This document shows positions 1 to 14,514 of a stretch of DNA of 64,000 nt, piece after piece. This stretch comes from Chrysomallon squamiferum. Lineage: Eukaryota; Animalia; Mollusca. The first letter of the stretch is position 1; the number at the start of each line of letters is the position of its first letter. Position numbers and translations under genes: made by a program. The notes under the pieces are model-generated. The model was not told where the DNA came from and ran no database searches. It was given only the letters and a program-made list of their open reading frames with translations. The stretch spans positions 18,972,001 through 19,036,000 of the forward strand of contig CM022673.1 in NCBI GenBank assembly GCA_012295275.1, in the 5' to 3' direction.

Positions 1-2096
1 CGAAACTTCAGTTAATGTCAGCCTGATGAATGCTTTAAAACATTAATATATAAATACAACGTTGTTCGGTACGCAGTGGTAGGTACAAATGGTAAATTAG
101 TTTAAGCTTGTTTTTAGTACCAAGAATTAATTAACATGTTACTACCTTGTATGAAAGATAGATTTAGAATTACATACACAAAATCATTTGTATCCACTTC
201 ATCATCAGAAATAGTTGATTTTGTTGTTGTTGTTGTCTTTTTTTTAAATTTATTTATTGAAAACGGTTCTACATTTTTAACTAATTAATTTCTTGTTTAT
301 AAAATTGACTTAAATTGCTCCTTTTGATTGGTGTCTATGTTCAGTTTGATTAGTGAAGAACTGATAAAATACATGAAATGTTACTTATTAATAAAGTCAT
401 CTATTTGACAAATTACTGACAAACACAAAGTATGTCATAGACAAACAGTAATATATAAATACGAAAAGAATTGGTAAATACTGTCTGGCCAGTTCAGCAC
501 GTCATACATTATTATTCTTTAAAACTAGATTGTTAATGTAATATCTATGGGTCGTTTGATGCTGGACAAATCGTTAATGAAATATTGTCTGTTTAATAAA
601 TTTTAATTAAAACGTAAGTTTCCTATTTTAAACTTGTATTTTGCAGCATTTGTGACTACACACACTCCATCTACCTAACTGTTTTGAATCTGTGTGAAGT
701 TGTGTAACCACCTGCCCTAACTGAGATATTTTTGTCCAAGAATTATGGAAATTTGATGAAAAATCCATCAATAGTTAAACAAATGTAACCACTGATAACA
801 AGTTTTATCATTACAATCTTAGTTTTGTTTCTGCACGAGGAAGAACGAAAGTTTATTTGGATATTTCTATTAAAAAAAATATATATAAAACAGAAACAAA
901 AAAAATATATATATATAACAAAATAAAAAATTAAAGAACAAATGCAAAAAGAATGAACATTTTGATGCCTGTTGTCAATTTATATTGACTTCCTGACAGA
1001 TGAACGTGGAATAGTGAGTTTCTTCACCTTCATCTTGTCGGTGTGATACTCAAATCATTTGCTAATGATGTTTGTTTCCCTTCATTTTAGATCGATTCAT
1101 ATCTCAGACAGACAAACTGCTTTTCCAAATGCAAGTTAATACAATTGTTATCAGGTGACTGTTTTATTTCCTAGCATATTTTTAAATCGTCATCAATACA
1201 AAATTGTGAGAAATGTTAACCTATAATGTACAAAATAGTTAGGTAAATATAAACATATGTAAAAACTCTGTTTCAAGATACAGTTGTTTTCTTTAGTTTT
1301 AAGACATATTTACAAAAGTTAGCTTTGATAATGATGATATTATTTGGCTAGTTTTATCTGTTTAGTCTTTAAACCGCAGTTACTACTTCGTGAACAGTTG
1401 TAAAAACATAGTGAGTTTGCCGTTAAATAAATACGAATTTCTTATTTTCGCATTATTATTAACCTCTTCATGAATTTAAAATTACGTACATATATATAAA
1501 CACCTAATTTCTGTGTTTTAAAGTTTACATCAATAGATTTTAAAGTTTGTATTTTAGTGTTCCCATCATAAAATGGAAGCTAATAGAACTGAAATATATT
1601 GTACTGTCATCATGATGAAATCTATGACACTAGTATTAACATAATCACTGAATCACCAGTCATCGCAATGTTACTAATTATGTATAATTTTAAACATTAT
1701 GTTTTTGTTTTTTTTGTTCTTTTATTGTTGTTTTTTTATTTTGTTTTCTTGTTCTTATTTTGGGTGTGTGTGTGTTTTTAATAAGAATAGATGCATAACG
1801 ATGTTATAATTACTTCTAATTTGATGGCGAAGAATAATCATTGAAGTTTAAAATTAACGCCTATGTCTTAAATTTCCGTTTTTATTTACAAATATTTTGG
1901 TAATTATGTTTTTAACCTATAAATCCTTCAGATAATTAAAATGAAGCAAACAGTATTTGGTCAGATGTCAGTTAATTATTAGATTCTCCTGGAAAAAGGC
2001 AATTAAAGTTACTTCATTGAATGACAATATTGTTATTATACTTTGATTTACATGGTGTGAGGTGTAGGAAATAATGTTATTACTGCGATAGCGATA

Positions 2097-2119
2097 ACAC
2101 ACACACAAACACACACACC

Positions 2120-2155
<36 letters not shown>
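2097..2155. repeat. (CA)n microsatellite, with a degenerate CA-rich tract continuing at 2230-2420
   Basis: Direct reading. Confidence 0.95.
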
Positions 2156-2159
<4 letters not shown>

Positions 2160-3266
2160 TGTGTTTGTGTTCGACAGTATATTAATTTAACAACAGTATC
2201 CGATTATTAACCAGAACCTTAATTAGCAACATATACATACGTATACACACACACACACAAACACAAACACGCATACAAAAACACATTCATACACAGACAC
2301 AAATATACATTCAGCTACATATATACATACATACACATACACACATACACATAAACACATATAATACAAAAATAAACACAGAGACACAGATACAGAAATA
2401 CACAGAAACACACATAAACATATAACCATCTGTTTTTACTATTTCAATATTATTACATTATGCAACAGACATATTCAATTATTTCCCCGATCACATCCTT
2501 TAGAATATCTTTACCATTGTGTCTTTAGGTGTTTACCTTTTACAATGTAATGGGGAGACGACATTCCCCCTAAAAAAAATAAAATTAAATAAATAAATAA
2601 AAAAAATAAAATTAAAATATTTGGGAAAAGAAAAGAAAAGAAAGAAAGAAAAAATGTATTTTAAATATTGTAAAATTGACATTAATTAAACGATCTTTAA
2701 AAAGCAGCTTGTGTCATTTTGTATATATTTATCCATTCTTATCCCAGTGACATACTGATAAAAAAAAAAAATAATAAAACAACAACCAAAAAACAAATAG
2801 TTAGAAAAAGCAGAAAATACTCTCCAATTATGGAAACTGAAACTTTCTTTTCAAAATTATCTTGGAATATCGTGAAACTAAATTGTACTAAAGAAACAAT
2901 ACATTCTTGTTTGAGTTATTTAAAGCAGCTGTCAAATTCACGCAGATACTGTTTGTCATGTTGTTCTTTTCTTTGCGTCTCCACACTGAAGCTGACTTAA
3001 CGCCACATTTGATGTCAAAAGATTTATAATGTCATGGCTTAGACATTAAGGATATACGAACCGATTACTTTAACACTTCAAAAATCAATTTCCTAACAGT
3101 TCGACGATTAGTTCTTTTAATATCGTTGTATTCCCAAAACAATTTAGGAATTATGGCGCTGTTATTAGACGAAATAGAGTGCTGTTCTAAAAAACAAGAA
3201 GTAGAAGAAGGAAAAAAAAAAAAACTCCAATCTTTATTTATTTTTTGTGAACAAGAGGGTTAAATG

Positions 3267-4625
3267 CTAATTGTATTGACTGGCCCAATTGTTAAAATCG
3301 ACATATCTAGGTCCTCTGGGATGGGTCAGAGTATATTTTCTTTCAATTTCAGTTCTAAAATATTTAACTCTTTGATTAATATCCACTCTTGTGTTGTATC
3401 CATTTCTCAAATCAGCCGTTATATAGGTCAGTCTAAGTTCTTGTGAACTTGTATTGCTGGACGATGACCCCAGTGGACGTCTTGAAAAGCGAATGACTTC
3501 TCTTCTTGAATCGCTTTGTATTTTCGCAGGAGGATCGCAGCAGAATATTTGTCTGTATGTGCGACAAAATTTCCGACTGAAAGCCTTATAAATTATGAAA
3601 TTTACCGATGAATTGACGGTTTCTAGGAAGTAAGTCACATTTGAAATACACAAATAAAAATTACGCTGATGACCCAGTCGTGAAAAGTCGTTCCTTATTT
3701 GTGAAGCAATACTGCTAAGTGCACCAGGTAGAATGCACACGAGAAAGACACCAGAAACAGTTAGAAGCATAACAGTTATGCGATTTTGTTCCGATGCTCT
3801 AGCATGACTACCCTGACTTGTCATAACACGTCGTAAACTCCACGTCTTCCGGATCGCTAAGATAATGGCAACATTTAGCACTATTAGCATTGTTATCGGA
3901 ATAAAACGAAAAATAATATTCAGCAAAGTTCCATATATTACACAGAAATTTTTATCATCTCCTAAAGCCGATCTTGACAAAATCACAGTGGATGAATTTG
4001 TTTTATTGCTGAAGACATACTTAGCGCTGTATTTCAATGGTGTTGGAATGAAGGCAACTGCGGTAGAGATATATATCACAGCAATCCCAATGCAGGTCAA
4101 TCTTTTGCCACATATAGCTTTGGCTTTTATAGGACAGTACACAGCAATAAAGCGCTCAATGCTTAGCATCGCTGTAAGCCACGATGTGATCCTTGCTGTC
4201 ACAACGCTCCCATAGGCACCCAAGACAGGATAGGTCAAGAATCTCAGATTCTTTCCTGCACTTTTATCATGTGCTTCGTAAATATTTAACAATCCGTACC
4301 AAAGACTATGGAAAAGAACAAGAAAATCAGAAATCGCAAGTGCTGCTAAACACAAGTTTATAGAATTTCTCATTCTATGATGAACAAGAACTATAAGACT
4401 TAAGATATTGCCCATAAATCCAAAAAGTGAAAAGACAGGTATCAATATCATACCAAAGACAACTGAAAATGTGTTAGCGGTATTCATGGAAACAAATCCC
4501 GCATTACTCCTATCTTTGAATGGCGGTGTGTCTGTGGTAATGTTCATTACATCAAGTTCATCATGTACTAAGTCATACATCGCAGAGTACTCTTCTATAG
4601 AACTGTTTAATAACAACATATCCAT
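3267..4625 (-). CDS. Rhodopsin-class (class A) GPCR, FMRFamide/peptide-receptor-like, intronless CDS, 452 aa
   Basis: Seven hydrophobic segments with class A motifs: TM1 GFMGNILSLIVL, TM2 LAALAISD, TM3 SIERFIAVYCP, TM6 FLVCILP, TM7 NSSVNFIIY. A polypyrimidine+AG acceptor at 4677-4678 (minus strand) implies upstream UTR exons. The ligand cannot be assigned from sequence. Confidence 0.92.
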   Translation of the reverse strand: MDMLLLNSSIEEYSAMYDLVHDELDVMNITTDTPPFKDRSNAGFVSMNTANTFSVVFGMILIPVFSLFGFMGNILSLIVLVHHRMRNSINLCLAALAISDFLVLFHSLWYGLLNIYEAHDKSAGKNLRFLTYPVLGAYGSVVTARITSWLTAMLSIERFIAVYCPIKAKAICGKRLTCIGIAVIYISTAVAFIPTPLKYSAKYVFSNKTNSSTVILSRSALGDDKNFCVIYGTLLNIIFRFIPITMLIVLNVAIILAIRKTWSLRRVMTSQGSHARASEQNRITVMLLTVSGVFLVCILPGALSSIASQIRNDFSRLGHQRNFYLCISNVTYFLETVNSSVNFIIYKAFSRKFCRTYRQIFCCDPPAKIQSDSRREVIRFSRRPLGSSSSNTSSQELRLTYITADLRNGYNTRVDINQRVKYFRTEIERKYTLTHPRGPRYVDFNNWASQYN

Positions 4626-4806
4626 GTGGTGACAAAAGTAGACAGGAGTTAACTGAGGAAGCGATTTCTAGGGAATCTGGGGAAAAAAAAGAAAACAAAA
4701 GGGAAAATTATCATTAAATTTCCAAACAGATTTACACAGCAAATTTTTCAAAGCTCAGAAGGTGCCGTATTTAAATTATATTTAAAGGTATTGTCCTATA
4801 ATTATA

Positions 4807-4809
4807 TGT

Positions 4810-4865
<56 letters not shown>
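4807..4865. repeat. (TG)n microsatellite
   Basis: Direct reading. Confidence 0.95.
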
Positions 4866-4867
<2 letters not shown>

Positions 4868-6285
4868 ACATCCTTTATCACCGTTTTTATTACTATTATT
4901 ATTATTATTACTACTACTATATTAAAGAAAGATCAAAGAAATTAATTCTTCATTATGACAGATCTAATATTGATTTGTTTTTCTAGCAAGAATGACAAGA
5001 ATAGAACAGCAATTACTTTAATAATTCTGAAACACTAACATCATGAAAAAGCAAGAAGGAAATATGAAACTTGACAACGCATGCCTGCATCCTATAAATT
5101 CTTACAATTCTTCCAGAATAATCCTTAAATGCCAGCAATAAAATACAATATAAACACTTCAAATTTTTATTCAACGATTATCTAGCAATGGAAAACACTA
5201 CAGTTATGTTTGTGTCATCATCAGAAGAAATTCACGCGAGCAAAGTCTTTGACTTACAGTTTACAATTACTCTCGCACTACCTGGCTACAGTTTTGTATT
5301 TTATTCCACAGTTTATTTATAAAACAACTGCTGTGATAGTTTATTTATACATATACTAATAAAACATGCATATTTGTTACAATTTCATTAAATTATATTC
5401 AGAAAGATAACAAGTTTTCGAAATTTGTTTTCTTGTTATACAAAGTCAATTAATAAAAGTTACAATATTATAATAAACTGTCATTGTAATATTTATAGCT
5501 GATGTTCAAATAATAAATCAGCATCCTTTGTTGAGCTGTATATAAAATGATATTATTATTTTCAATTCTTAATCTATGACTAAACAAGTTCCAGATGTAT
5601 GTCCTTCAGTTATTATTGTTGCTGCTACTCCTTTTACAACCGCTATTATGAAACTTTCAACTACTAGATTTTATAATTATTTTACATATATATATAGAGA
5701 GAGACAGAGTTATAACATGATTATTGAAATGTGTTCTTTCATTAATTGTCGTTCTCTGATGACATTCGTGTGAATGAGGTTTCTGGCTGGAAATGTGCAG
5801 GTACACAGTAGTTGATACGCGAAGAGGATTTACTGAGATATTGCGTCGTTTTACTCAGCAACTCCGTTCCACACACAGCATCGCCTTTCGGAAATACATT
5901 TGATTTCCTATTCATAAAATGTATCAAACGAACTGCTAATTCAATTTAACCAAATTTAAATTCGAAATAATTAAAATTTAAATAAAAATTAATATCATCA
6001 TCATCAGCAGCAGCAGCAGCATCATCATCATCATCATCATCACTCTTCTTCTTCTTCTTATTGTTATTATTAAATTTTATATAGAACTACTGCAGAGGTG
6101 AATTAGTTAATTTTTACAGACAACTTGCAGCCGACTCTCCAATTTGGCATTTAATTAACTGACTGTAAATGAGTGCAGCAATAATTATTCCATTTATCAC
6201 ATAACTTACCATTTCGAAACTTCGTCTTTTCATTTTAATCAGAGCTCTCATAACAGTGAGTCAGTGCATTACAGTCAGAAATAAT

Positions 6286-6329
<44 letters not shown>

Positions 6330-7156
6330 CAACAACAATACAATTATAAAATTTAAAAAAAAATTATAATAATAACGAAGAAATGACAAAATCATTAAAT
6401 TTTTAACGTCTGTTACGGAATACATCATTCTTGTCTGTAAAATATGAATAAACGAGAAAGACAAATCTTCATTACAGATTAAAGAAATACAGCGACAACA
6501 TAGATAAAAACATCTGTGTGTGAAATTTTACCAGCAATATTGTCTTAACTGAATTTAAAACTTCCCAGAAACCTTAATAAATAAATAAATAAAGAATTTA
6601 AAGAATTTTGAATGCTAGAAAAAGTATAAATCTAAATTAAAAAAAATAATAATAAAATAAATAAATAAAAATAATAATAATAATAATAATAACAATAATA
6701 ATAATAATAATAATAAAGAAATGAAAAAGAAAAAGGAAAGGAAAGGAAAATAACATATTAAGAAGGCAGTAGATATATAAGACAGCATCAAAATGTAATG
6801 GTAGAAGATACACTCTTACCTGAAATAGACGCCGCGTTCTTACTGTAGCATTATCACCTCAATCCGTCGAGCAAAACTCATCTTCGGCAGACGACAACCA
6901 GCGTTTATCAGAGATTGGATCGAACTATTTTTAACCTTTGATTTGACCTCCCTCGGCGATTTTGGTTTTCAGGTAGAAATCAGCCGTCTCATCATTGATA
7001 ATTATAAAAAAATATATACGGAATTATGTAGTATTTGCTGTTGAATGACTGGTCCTTACAATTTTATAGATAATTGGTTTGCTTTCAGAATAAATCTTTC
7101 CTGTACAAATTTTGTAGAATTTTAGAAAACTAATTTACTCTAGATGTATAATGAAA

Positions 7157-7160
<4 letters not shown>

Positions 7161-7230
<70 letters not shown>
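7161..7230. repeat. (GA)35 microsatellite
   Basis: Direct reading. Confidence 0.97.
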
Positions 7231-7233
<3 letters not shown>

Positions 7234-10200
7234 AGATTTCAGAACATTAATTTTAATGACTTAATACTTGTTAATTACAGCAACTTGGTAATAACAGAGG
7301 AAATGCGCCGGTTACTGAACCTTCAGTGTTTATTCTTGTCTTGTGCTCTTTTACTGATCTTCCTATTGCTTCACTGATTATTTCCGCACAGAATGTTTGA
7401 ATTAATAATACTAATAAGAACATTGATCGGCAAGAAAGTGCAAGTCCGCGAAACATTCAAATCCATGCTTTTCGTTTCGCAGCTTTGCAAATTTCTTGAC
7501 GAAAACTAAATAGCCGTCTGGAAATTGATTATAATTACTATGAAATAAATAAATATTTGTTAAATACAGTACTTAATTATGTTACTGCAGAAAGAGGGTT
7601 ATGTGATATAGAGTAGTCATAGCGTTAAACTAAAACGAGAACAGTTATTTGAAATACTTTGAATAGCAAATGTTATGTGGAATTGTGGATCGATACTCGA
7701 CAGAGAAAAGCTTTGATACAGTATTACAGTTGACCAACATCGAATCCCAGTTCAAAAAAACCCTTTGAAAATCTGCCTTTGGAACTCTTGTTAGACATAA
7801 TTAAAGAACAAGAGATTATTTTAATTATTTATTTGTCTTTCTGGTAGTTTAAACACCCGAAAATACACTCCCATTATAATCAATTCATTATTACAAAAAT
7901 AAACAAAACAAATCTAAGGGAAACAAATAATTTAGAATACAGACAAAAACAATACAAGCTCTTTCCAAAGCCTTCCCAAAAATCCATATAGAATAGACAG
8001 AAATAATTTTGTGCAATAAATAGTTCTAATAGTCAATCATGGAGCTATTGTAATTTTAATATAATTAATTTTCTTATCTTCTTCGGAAGCGTTATTACGA
8101 AGTATTAAATATATCTTATTTCAGATGTGTATCTTCAAGAAACTGAAAAACAGTACTGACTGAATGATATAATAGCACAATTCCCAAGACGTGTAATCAG
8201 CATTAAAATAGTTAGGCTTTTTTTCTTTTCTTCTTCTTCTTTTTGTTACTTACATGTTCAAAAATTATAATTGCTGAAAAAAAAGTCGTTTTATTAATTT
8301 TATTATTATTATTTAGCTGGCATTATTAAATGCGTTAGGTTTTGTTGTTCTTTTTCAATTTCTGATTAGTGCTAAGGAACTTGTTCGCTCTGCTTTTGAT
8401 ACAATATGCTGAGCTTTAGGAAGAAAAAGTAGGGGAAGTATATGTATATTGAACCCCCTAACTTCTGACCTTCATTGCTTAGTCCAGATGGAATCAGTCT
8501 AGTTGTAGTTGATAGATATTAGATACCCTAAGACCCTCGTAAGGTAAAACAAATAAAAAAAATTAAAAAAAAAAAAGAAGAAAGAAAGAAAGAAAGAAAA
8601 ATATTTAACTTATACAAGTTTTATGGACCATAACAAAATTTCGACATTGTTCAAATGAGGGACCCCGTGACTTATATTGAACCTTATCGGCTCTTATACT
8701 GAATATAAGGACAAACTGTTTTAATAAAAGAAATTTCGAGTATCCTAAATTCAATTTTCAGTACATTATCTTTCGCCTAACTGAGACTGCTGCACCATAG
8801 AAGTGGTGTAGAGTTAAAATGTAGGATTAGAAAGATGAACAGGAAGGAATAAACATCAATTCAAAATAGCATATTCACTGGGTGAATTATAGACGCAGCA
8901 TATCTGACTGTCAACTCAGAAGCCAACTTAATGTCCATCTTCATCTCTGGTGGTATTGTGAAGTTGTGGTGTCTGGCAATTTAAGTCTCTGTAGAAGCAT
9001 TGACCATCCCGATTTGTTGGTACTAGTTTCAAGAGGTAAGATAAACATTAGTGGTGCTTATGTCGGGCCCTTGTGTCGCACGGTGCTCTTCTCTCTGGGA
9101 CCACGATTCATAGTCTACATTTTCAGGTTAGGAATCTTCATTTACGGATTCGGGCGGAACCCAGTTCTGTTTATGTTCGGGATGATTGTCAGGCTTGGTA
9201 GTGTTGCTGCTGTTGCCACGATTATGACGTCTCTGCGACGAGGAGTTTTGTTGTCCAGACTGTATCTGAACTTTCCACTTCAAATTAGCATCGGACCACA
9301 CATTTGGTTTGCAAGGCCAAATGCCACAACATTCCGACCGGTGGCTCGATATAGAGCACTAGACATAAAAATATCAACATGAGATTTTTCTGACGTGGCG
9401 TGAAATTCAAATTTTTGGATCCTCGCAAAGACTATATACAGTTATTGCAAAACAACTTTCGACTCATCATAGGCTGAGAAATGCCAGAGGTTGAATATAC
9501 GTGCACTTCCCCTATTTACTCTGAAACCGCAGTTAACCGATATCTTTTCTGAAGTACATTTTACCGGATACAAATTATTTTTACTTTCAAATCAGTGTAA
9601 TAATAACAGCTTTTAATGATTGCGAACGTCAGGAGGAAAAAATAAAATAAAACAATAATATTAATACTAATAACAATAAATAAATAAATAAAAATAATCA
9701 GTTAAAATAAAAAAAAACACGAAAGAATGTACTGCAGCTAAACAGTGTTACCTGGCAATAATACATTTTAATTCATTAAAATAATTTTAGCCGAATTTTT
9801 AATACGTAAGTTGTAAAACAACTATAATGTTATCATGTTACAGAGAATTGTATTATGGAACTACTACTGTCGTTTTTTGTTTCTTTGTAGTTGTTTTGTG
9901 ACTTCTTTTTGTTTCTTTAGTTATTGTTTATTTATTTATTGTTGATGTTGTTTTAAAGGTTTTGCTTTTTTATACTGCATTTCAATCCTTATTAACAATT
10001 CAGATACATACAGTTTGTCCATTTTCATTTATTAATGAGTAAAATCTGTCACGCTATAAACTGAAAGTTTGCACAGTACAGTTTTATAAGTAAAGATATA
10101 ACAATAACAAAAAAGAAAGAAAGAAAAATAAAGGAAAAACAAAATGAAAGAAATTCATCTCATTGCCTTTGGCAAGTTTAAACTGGTTAGTTTGTTTTCT

Positions 10201-10933
10201 AGTTACTGCTTTGAATGGTGGAACCTTTTAATTACACAATATTTAAAATGATGTAAACAGATACTTTCAAATAAATATGAGTTCAGTTAAGCTGAATTAA
10301 CTTAATGTTGATTTAATCAATTCAAAAGTATGTAATTTTGCTATTCAAAACACAAGGAAAAGAAAAGGAGGAGTTATTTTCTAAAAACATTTAAAAAAAA
10401 AAGAAAATAGAAACAGCTAATGAAATAGACACAATTTCAGATTGGAAGATTTTAATGTTTCAAAATAATAAAAACATTAAAAGGAATAAAAACTTTTTTT
10501 CGATTTGTGTAATAATTCCTGAACGGACATTCAGTGTGTTGAAGGAGGCATGTGCCTCACGTTGTCACAGTTTAAGCAAAAGATCATTTGGCATTAAGTT
10601 TCAAAACATGATCAGGCTAAATGCAACAACTTAATAACATCAATGGTAAAAGCATTTTCACTAGTGCTAGGCCTAGCTAATTTCCTCTGAAACATTTGTG
10701 GATGGCAGTTAGCAGTAAAATCAGCAGCAGCAGTAAAATCAAAGTAAATATGTATATATTTAACTACAGACTATGAATGGTCATGTATTTCCTGAACGTT
10801 ATTTATAAAGAAGTATTTGTAGTGGTAATAGTAGTAGTAGCAGTATATAGCTAATTCTGTGATTCAAATAAATCCAGTAATTAATTCTACCAGTAGTAAT
10901 AGTAACAACAACATAATAGTCGTAATAATAATA

Positions 10934-12828
10934 CAATGGCACCTCGGGTTACGAACGCCTCGAAGCACGAACAAATCAGATTACGAATCTTGATCTTAGG
11001 CAATTTTTGTCTCGGTTTACGAATAATGTCCCGAGTTACGAACTATAGTCGTGCTACGACAAGCTTTCTCTTGACGTCAGTAAAGATAAGAATAGATGCT
11101 TAGGTCAAAACCGAGGTCAAAGTAAGGATTACAGGCATGCATTATAGCAAATATATATCATGAATTAGACCTTTAGTCTTCGATACGCAGTTGCAGCTCA
11201 GTAGCTTTTACACTGAGATTGTGCTCTCGCATTTTTCAAAGCGTTGCTGTTTTTACGTGTATATATATATATATTTTTTTTATACCTTATACAAAATGGC
11301 GCCCATGAAAACAAAAAGTGAAAGCGATAATGCTGGTGGAAAGTATAAACGTATCGCCGCAGAGGTTAAAAAAGAAATAACTGCAAAAAATGAGAGTGGC
11401 ATTCGTGTGTCTGACATCGCTAGGAATTCATCGAGAAAAAAAGGTAATCAAAACAGGCAATGTAGCCAAAGGTGTGACTATACTAACAAGGCAAAGATCC
11501 AAATTTATAGATGAAGTTGAAAAGCTTCTCTTAATTAGGATCAATGAAAAGCAACTTGAAGAAGATAGCGTTAGTGAGGCAATATTATGCGAAAAGGCTA
11601 AGCTTTTGCACACTTATCTGTTGTCAAAATCACCTAGTACTTTTGCTAAAAGTAATGAGTTTGGTACAGGTTGGTTTTAGGCACGGGGAAGTTGCAAGTT
11701 CCAACGAGAAAGAAGCGGAAACGTTTAAGCTGAAATTTGCCAACCTTGTCGGAGAGGATGGCTACACTCCACAACAAATCTTTAACTGTGACGAGACGGG
11801 TCTCTTCTGGAAGAAAATGCCAAAGAAGACATTTATCACCCAGAAGTAGAGCACAGCCTTACCTTGTTGTTAAGTGCTAATTCAAGTGGCGACTGCAAGA
11901 TTAAGCCATTGTTTGTCTACGACCCTGAAAATCCTCGCGTCTTTAAGCGCAATAATGTCCAGAAAAACAAACTCCCTGTGATGTGGAGAGCTAATGAAAA
12001 GGCATGGGTGACGACACTTATCTTCATGGAATGGCTGACTGAAGTGTGAAGAGGTATTTGGAGGAAAACAGCCTACCCCTTTGATGTCTCTTGATTATGG
12101 ATAATGCTCCTGCACACCCCCTAGATTTGAAGGTGGACCTGGTCTTTGAGTATAACTTTATTAAGGTCAGATTCCCGCTACCCAAAATGACTCCTTTGCT
12201 TCAACCTTTGAACCAACAAGTGTTCTCAAACTTCAAAAAACTGTACAAAAAGGCTCTCTTTCCCAGGAGTTTTCATATCACAAATTATACTGATTTGACC
12301 ATCAGATACTTCTGGAAAGATCACTTCAACATTTTCAACTGCATCAACCTCATAGACAAGACCTTCAATGGCATCTCTACCCACACTTGGCACTCTGCCT
12401 GGATAAAACTTTGGCCAGGTTGTGTACCAGAAGAAGGCATAGAAGTATTCGAGGTAGTGGATGAGACTGTGTCCTGTGGCCTGGAAGTGGATAGTGATGA
12501 CATAGAGGAGCTTGTACATCTCCAGAGTGAACAACTCAAGGCATTAAAGGATGAGCAATTGTCTGAATGTTTCCTTATGTAGAAAAAAGCAGAACCCGGT
12601 GTCAAAAGACAGCAAAAACAAACCCCTGAAGGAGCGTTCCCCAGTGTTACTATGGAAGAAGGCTTGCTTTCCAAACAATAATTTCCTGAAAACAATGAAA
12701 ATAAAAGTATTCTGGGGGCTGCAGTGGATTGTTTACATTTGCATTATTTCAATGTTTCAATTTATGTACAATATGGTTTGTGAACCAAGCTCTGGAACAA
12801 ATTAAATTTGTAACCTGAGGTTCCACTG
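10934..12828 (+). mobile_element. Decayed Tigger/pogo-family DNA transposon with fragmented transposase
   Basis: TA flanks on both sides. Terminal inverted repeats CAATGGCACCTCGGGTTACGAA vs (revcomp) CAGTGGAACCTCAGGTTACAAA. Subterminal TTACGAA repeats at the left end. Frameshifted ORF pieces carry CENP-B HTH (EVEKLLLIRINEKQ) and DDE_1 motifs (QIFNCDETGLFWKKMP, KAWVT, IMDNAPAHP, LQPLNQQV). Confidence 0.93.
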
Positions 12829-12998
12829 TATTGTTGCAGAGATAATCATTGTTGTACCGATCTCACTTCGTCACTAAACAGAACACATTTGTACTATTTC
12901 CTGAAGCCTGTAATACATAGCTTTATGTTACTATTCAATTTAAAAAGTATCCTAAGTTAAGCTTGCAATCTATCTGCTTAAAGATAATCAGCAAAAAC

Positions 12999-13051
<53 letters not shown>
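12999..13051. repeat. (AAT)n microsatellite (similar tracts near 6290, 6670, 23100 and 41650)
   Basis: Direct reading. Confidence 0.95.
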
Positions 13052-13054
<3 letters not shown>

Positions 13055-14514
13055 TTACTAATAAATAAATAATATATAAATAAATAAAAACAAAAACAAG
13101 AACAACATGGCAACATGATTAAGAATAAATGTGACTTACTGTGCCTGGTGTCATAATTCTAACAACTGAGTGCCAGTTGCAGCAGCAGGAACATGTTTAA
13201 ATGTGACCATTTCAGATAAAAATTGTTTGGAAAGATAAACAAATGCTGCTCTCTCCAACAGACACAAATACACAGACATACATGATCACAAACCATTTGC
13301 ATATTTGAAAATGTAATATAAATATAAAAATATATTTGTATTATTTAGCTGGATTAACATATTCAGTCTTTTGTATTCCTCTGAATTTCATTATACCAGT
13401 TACAGCAGAAGGTTTTTGGTCATTTTAGTTAATAAAATTCTCTCTTTAGGTGCCTCTGGTGAAAACTGAAAGGAAATTTCTGTGCAGACTTTAAATCTGT
13501 GAATTCTAACAAGTCACAGAAGAATGCTTTCCCTTTACTCCCATCCCAAATGTTAAAATATAATGTCAACATTTACAGCATACTGACAGGACTAAACAAT
13601 AATTTCAGATCTGATCATACCAGTCTAATCCAATTAATTCAAGAAAATGTAAATTTCATAGAATGGGCAAGTCAAACCCTTAACCCATGCTGCCCACATG
13701 ACAATACAAAATAATAATAATTATTATTATTATTACAAAAATGTATTATTAATTTATTAATAGAAACAGTTTATTCCACATTCAACCAATACAGTCTGTT
13801 ATTTTGAAGTTGTTGGACACAAGAATAAAAGATGCAGATTAATTATATATAAAGGATAATTTTTATCTTTAAGCAAAATAAAATTACGAAATATACAGAA
13901 TAAATAACTTTATATTTTGAGTAACAGAGTTTATAGGACTGCCACTATTCAATGTAGCAAGCAAGAATTTTGTTCATTTAGTTTGGTTATGTTGAAAAGA
14001 CACTTTTGAATTAAGTTCTCAGATTTGTATTTTAGTTTTAAATGTAGGAGTATTAGAATGTGGCTTAATTTCAATCTGAATCATTTGATCAAGGAAAGTT
14101 AAACAGTCTAGACATATTGTGCATACTTTCAAAGAATGATGATTTCAGTCATCCGGTCTTAATTGATAATCAAGTATGACAGCAAAAAAAGTGCAGTTTT
14201 AAAATATTTTGGCTTTGCTATCTTTCTGCAGTTGAGGTGTTATCAAGTACTGGACGGATCTATTTTGCCTAAAGCAGCTGTCAGCAAACTGGTTTACAGT
14301 GATTACTGGCTATGGTGGTCACTTGGCCTTTGAAGGAAATGAATGGGCACTGAGCTTCTATGGAGCAATTGATGGGCATTTGACTTGAACCCCATAACTT
14401 TTTAGAAATGGCCATTAAAATGTCATGACTAATCAATCTGACTAAATAAATAGTCATGGATGTGTTCCCCCAACAGAGAGGGAATAGAAAAAAACAATGC
14501 ATCTTCTCACAGTA

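Noticed and set aside
1000-1154. Small plus-strand exon-like segments with AG/GT boundaries
   Set aside because: No coherent reading frame or partner exons are visible.
1599-3000. Short ORFs such as MCVCVCVC... and similar ones across the window (e.g. 7144-7377 RERERE)
   Set aside because: Translations of microsatellites or AT-rich low-complexity DNA, with no domain signal.
3264-4632. Plus-strand ORFs overlapping the GPCR
   Set aside because: Antisense shadows of the real coding frame.
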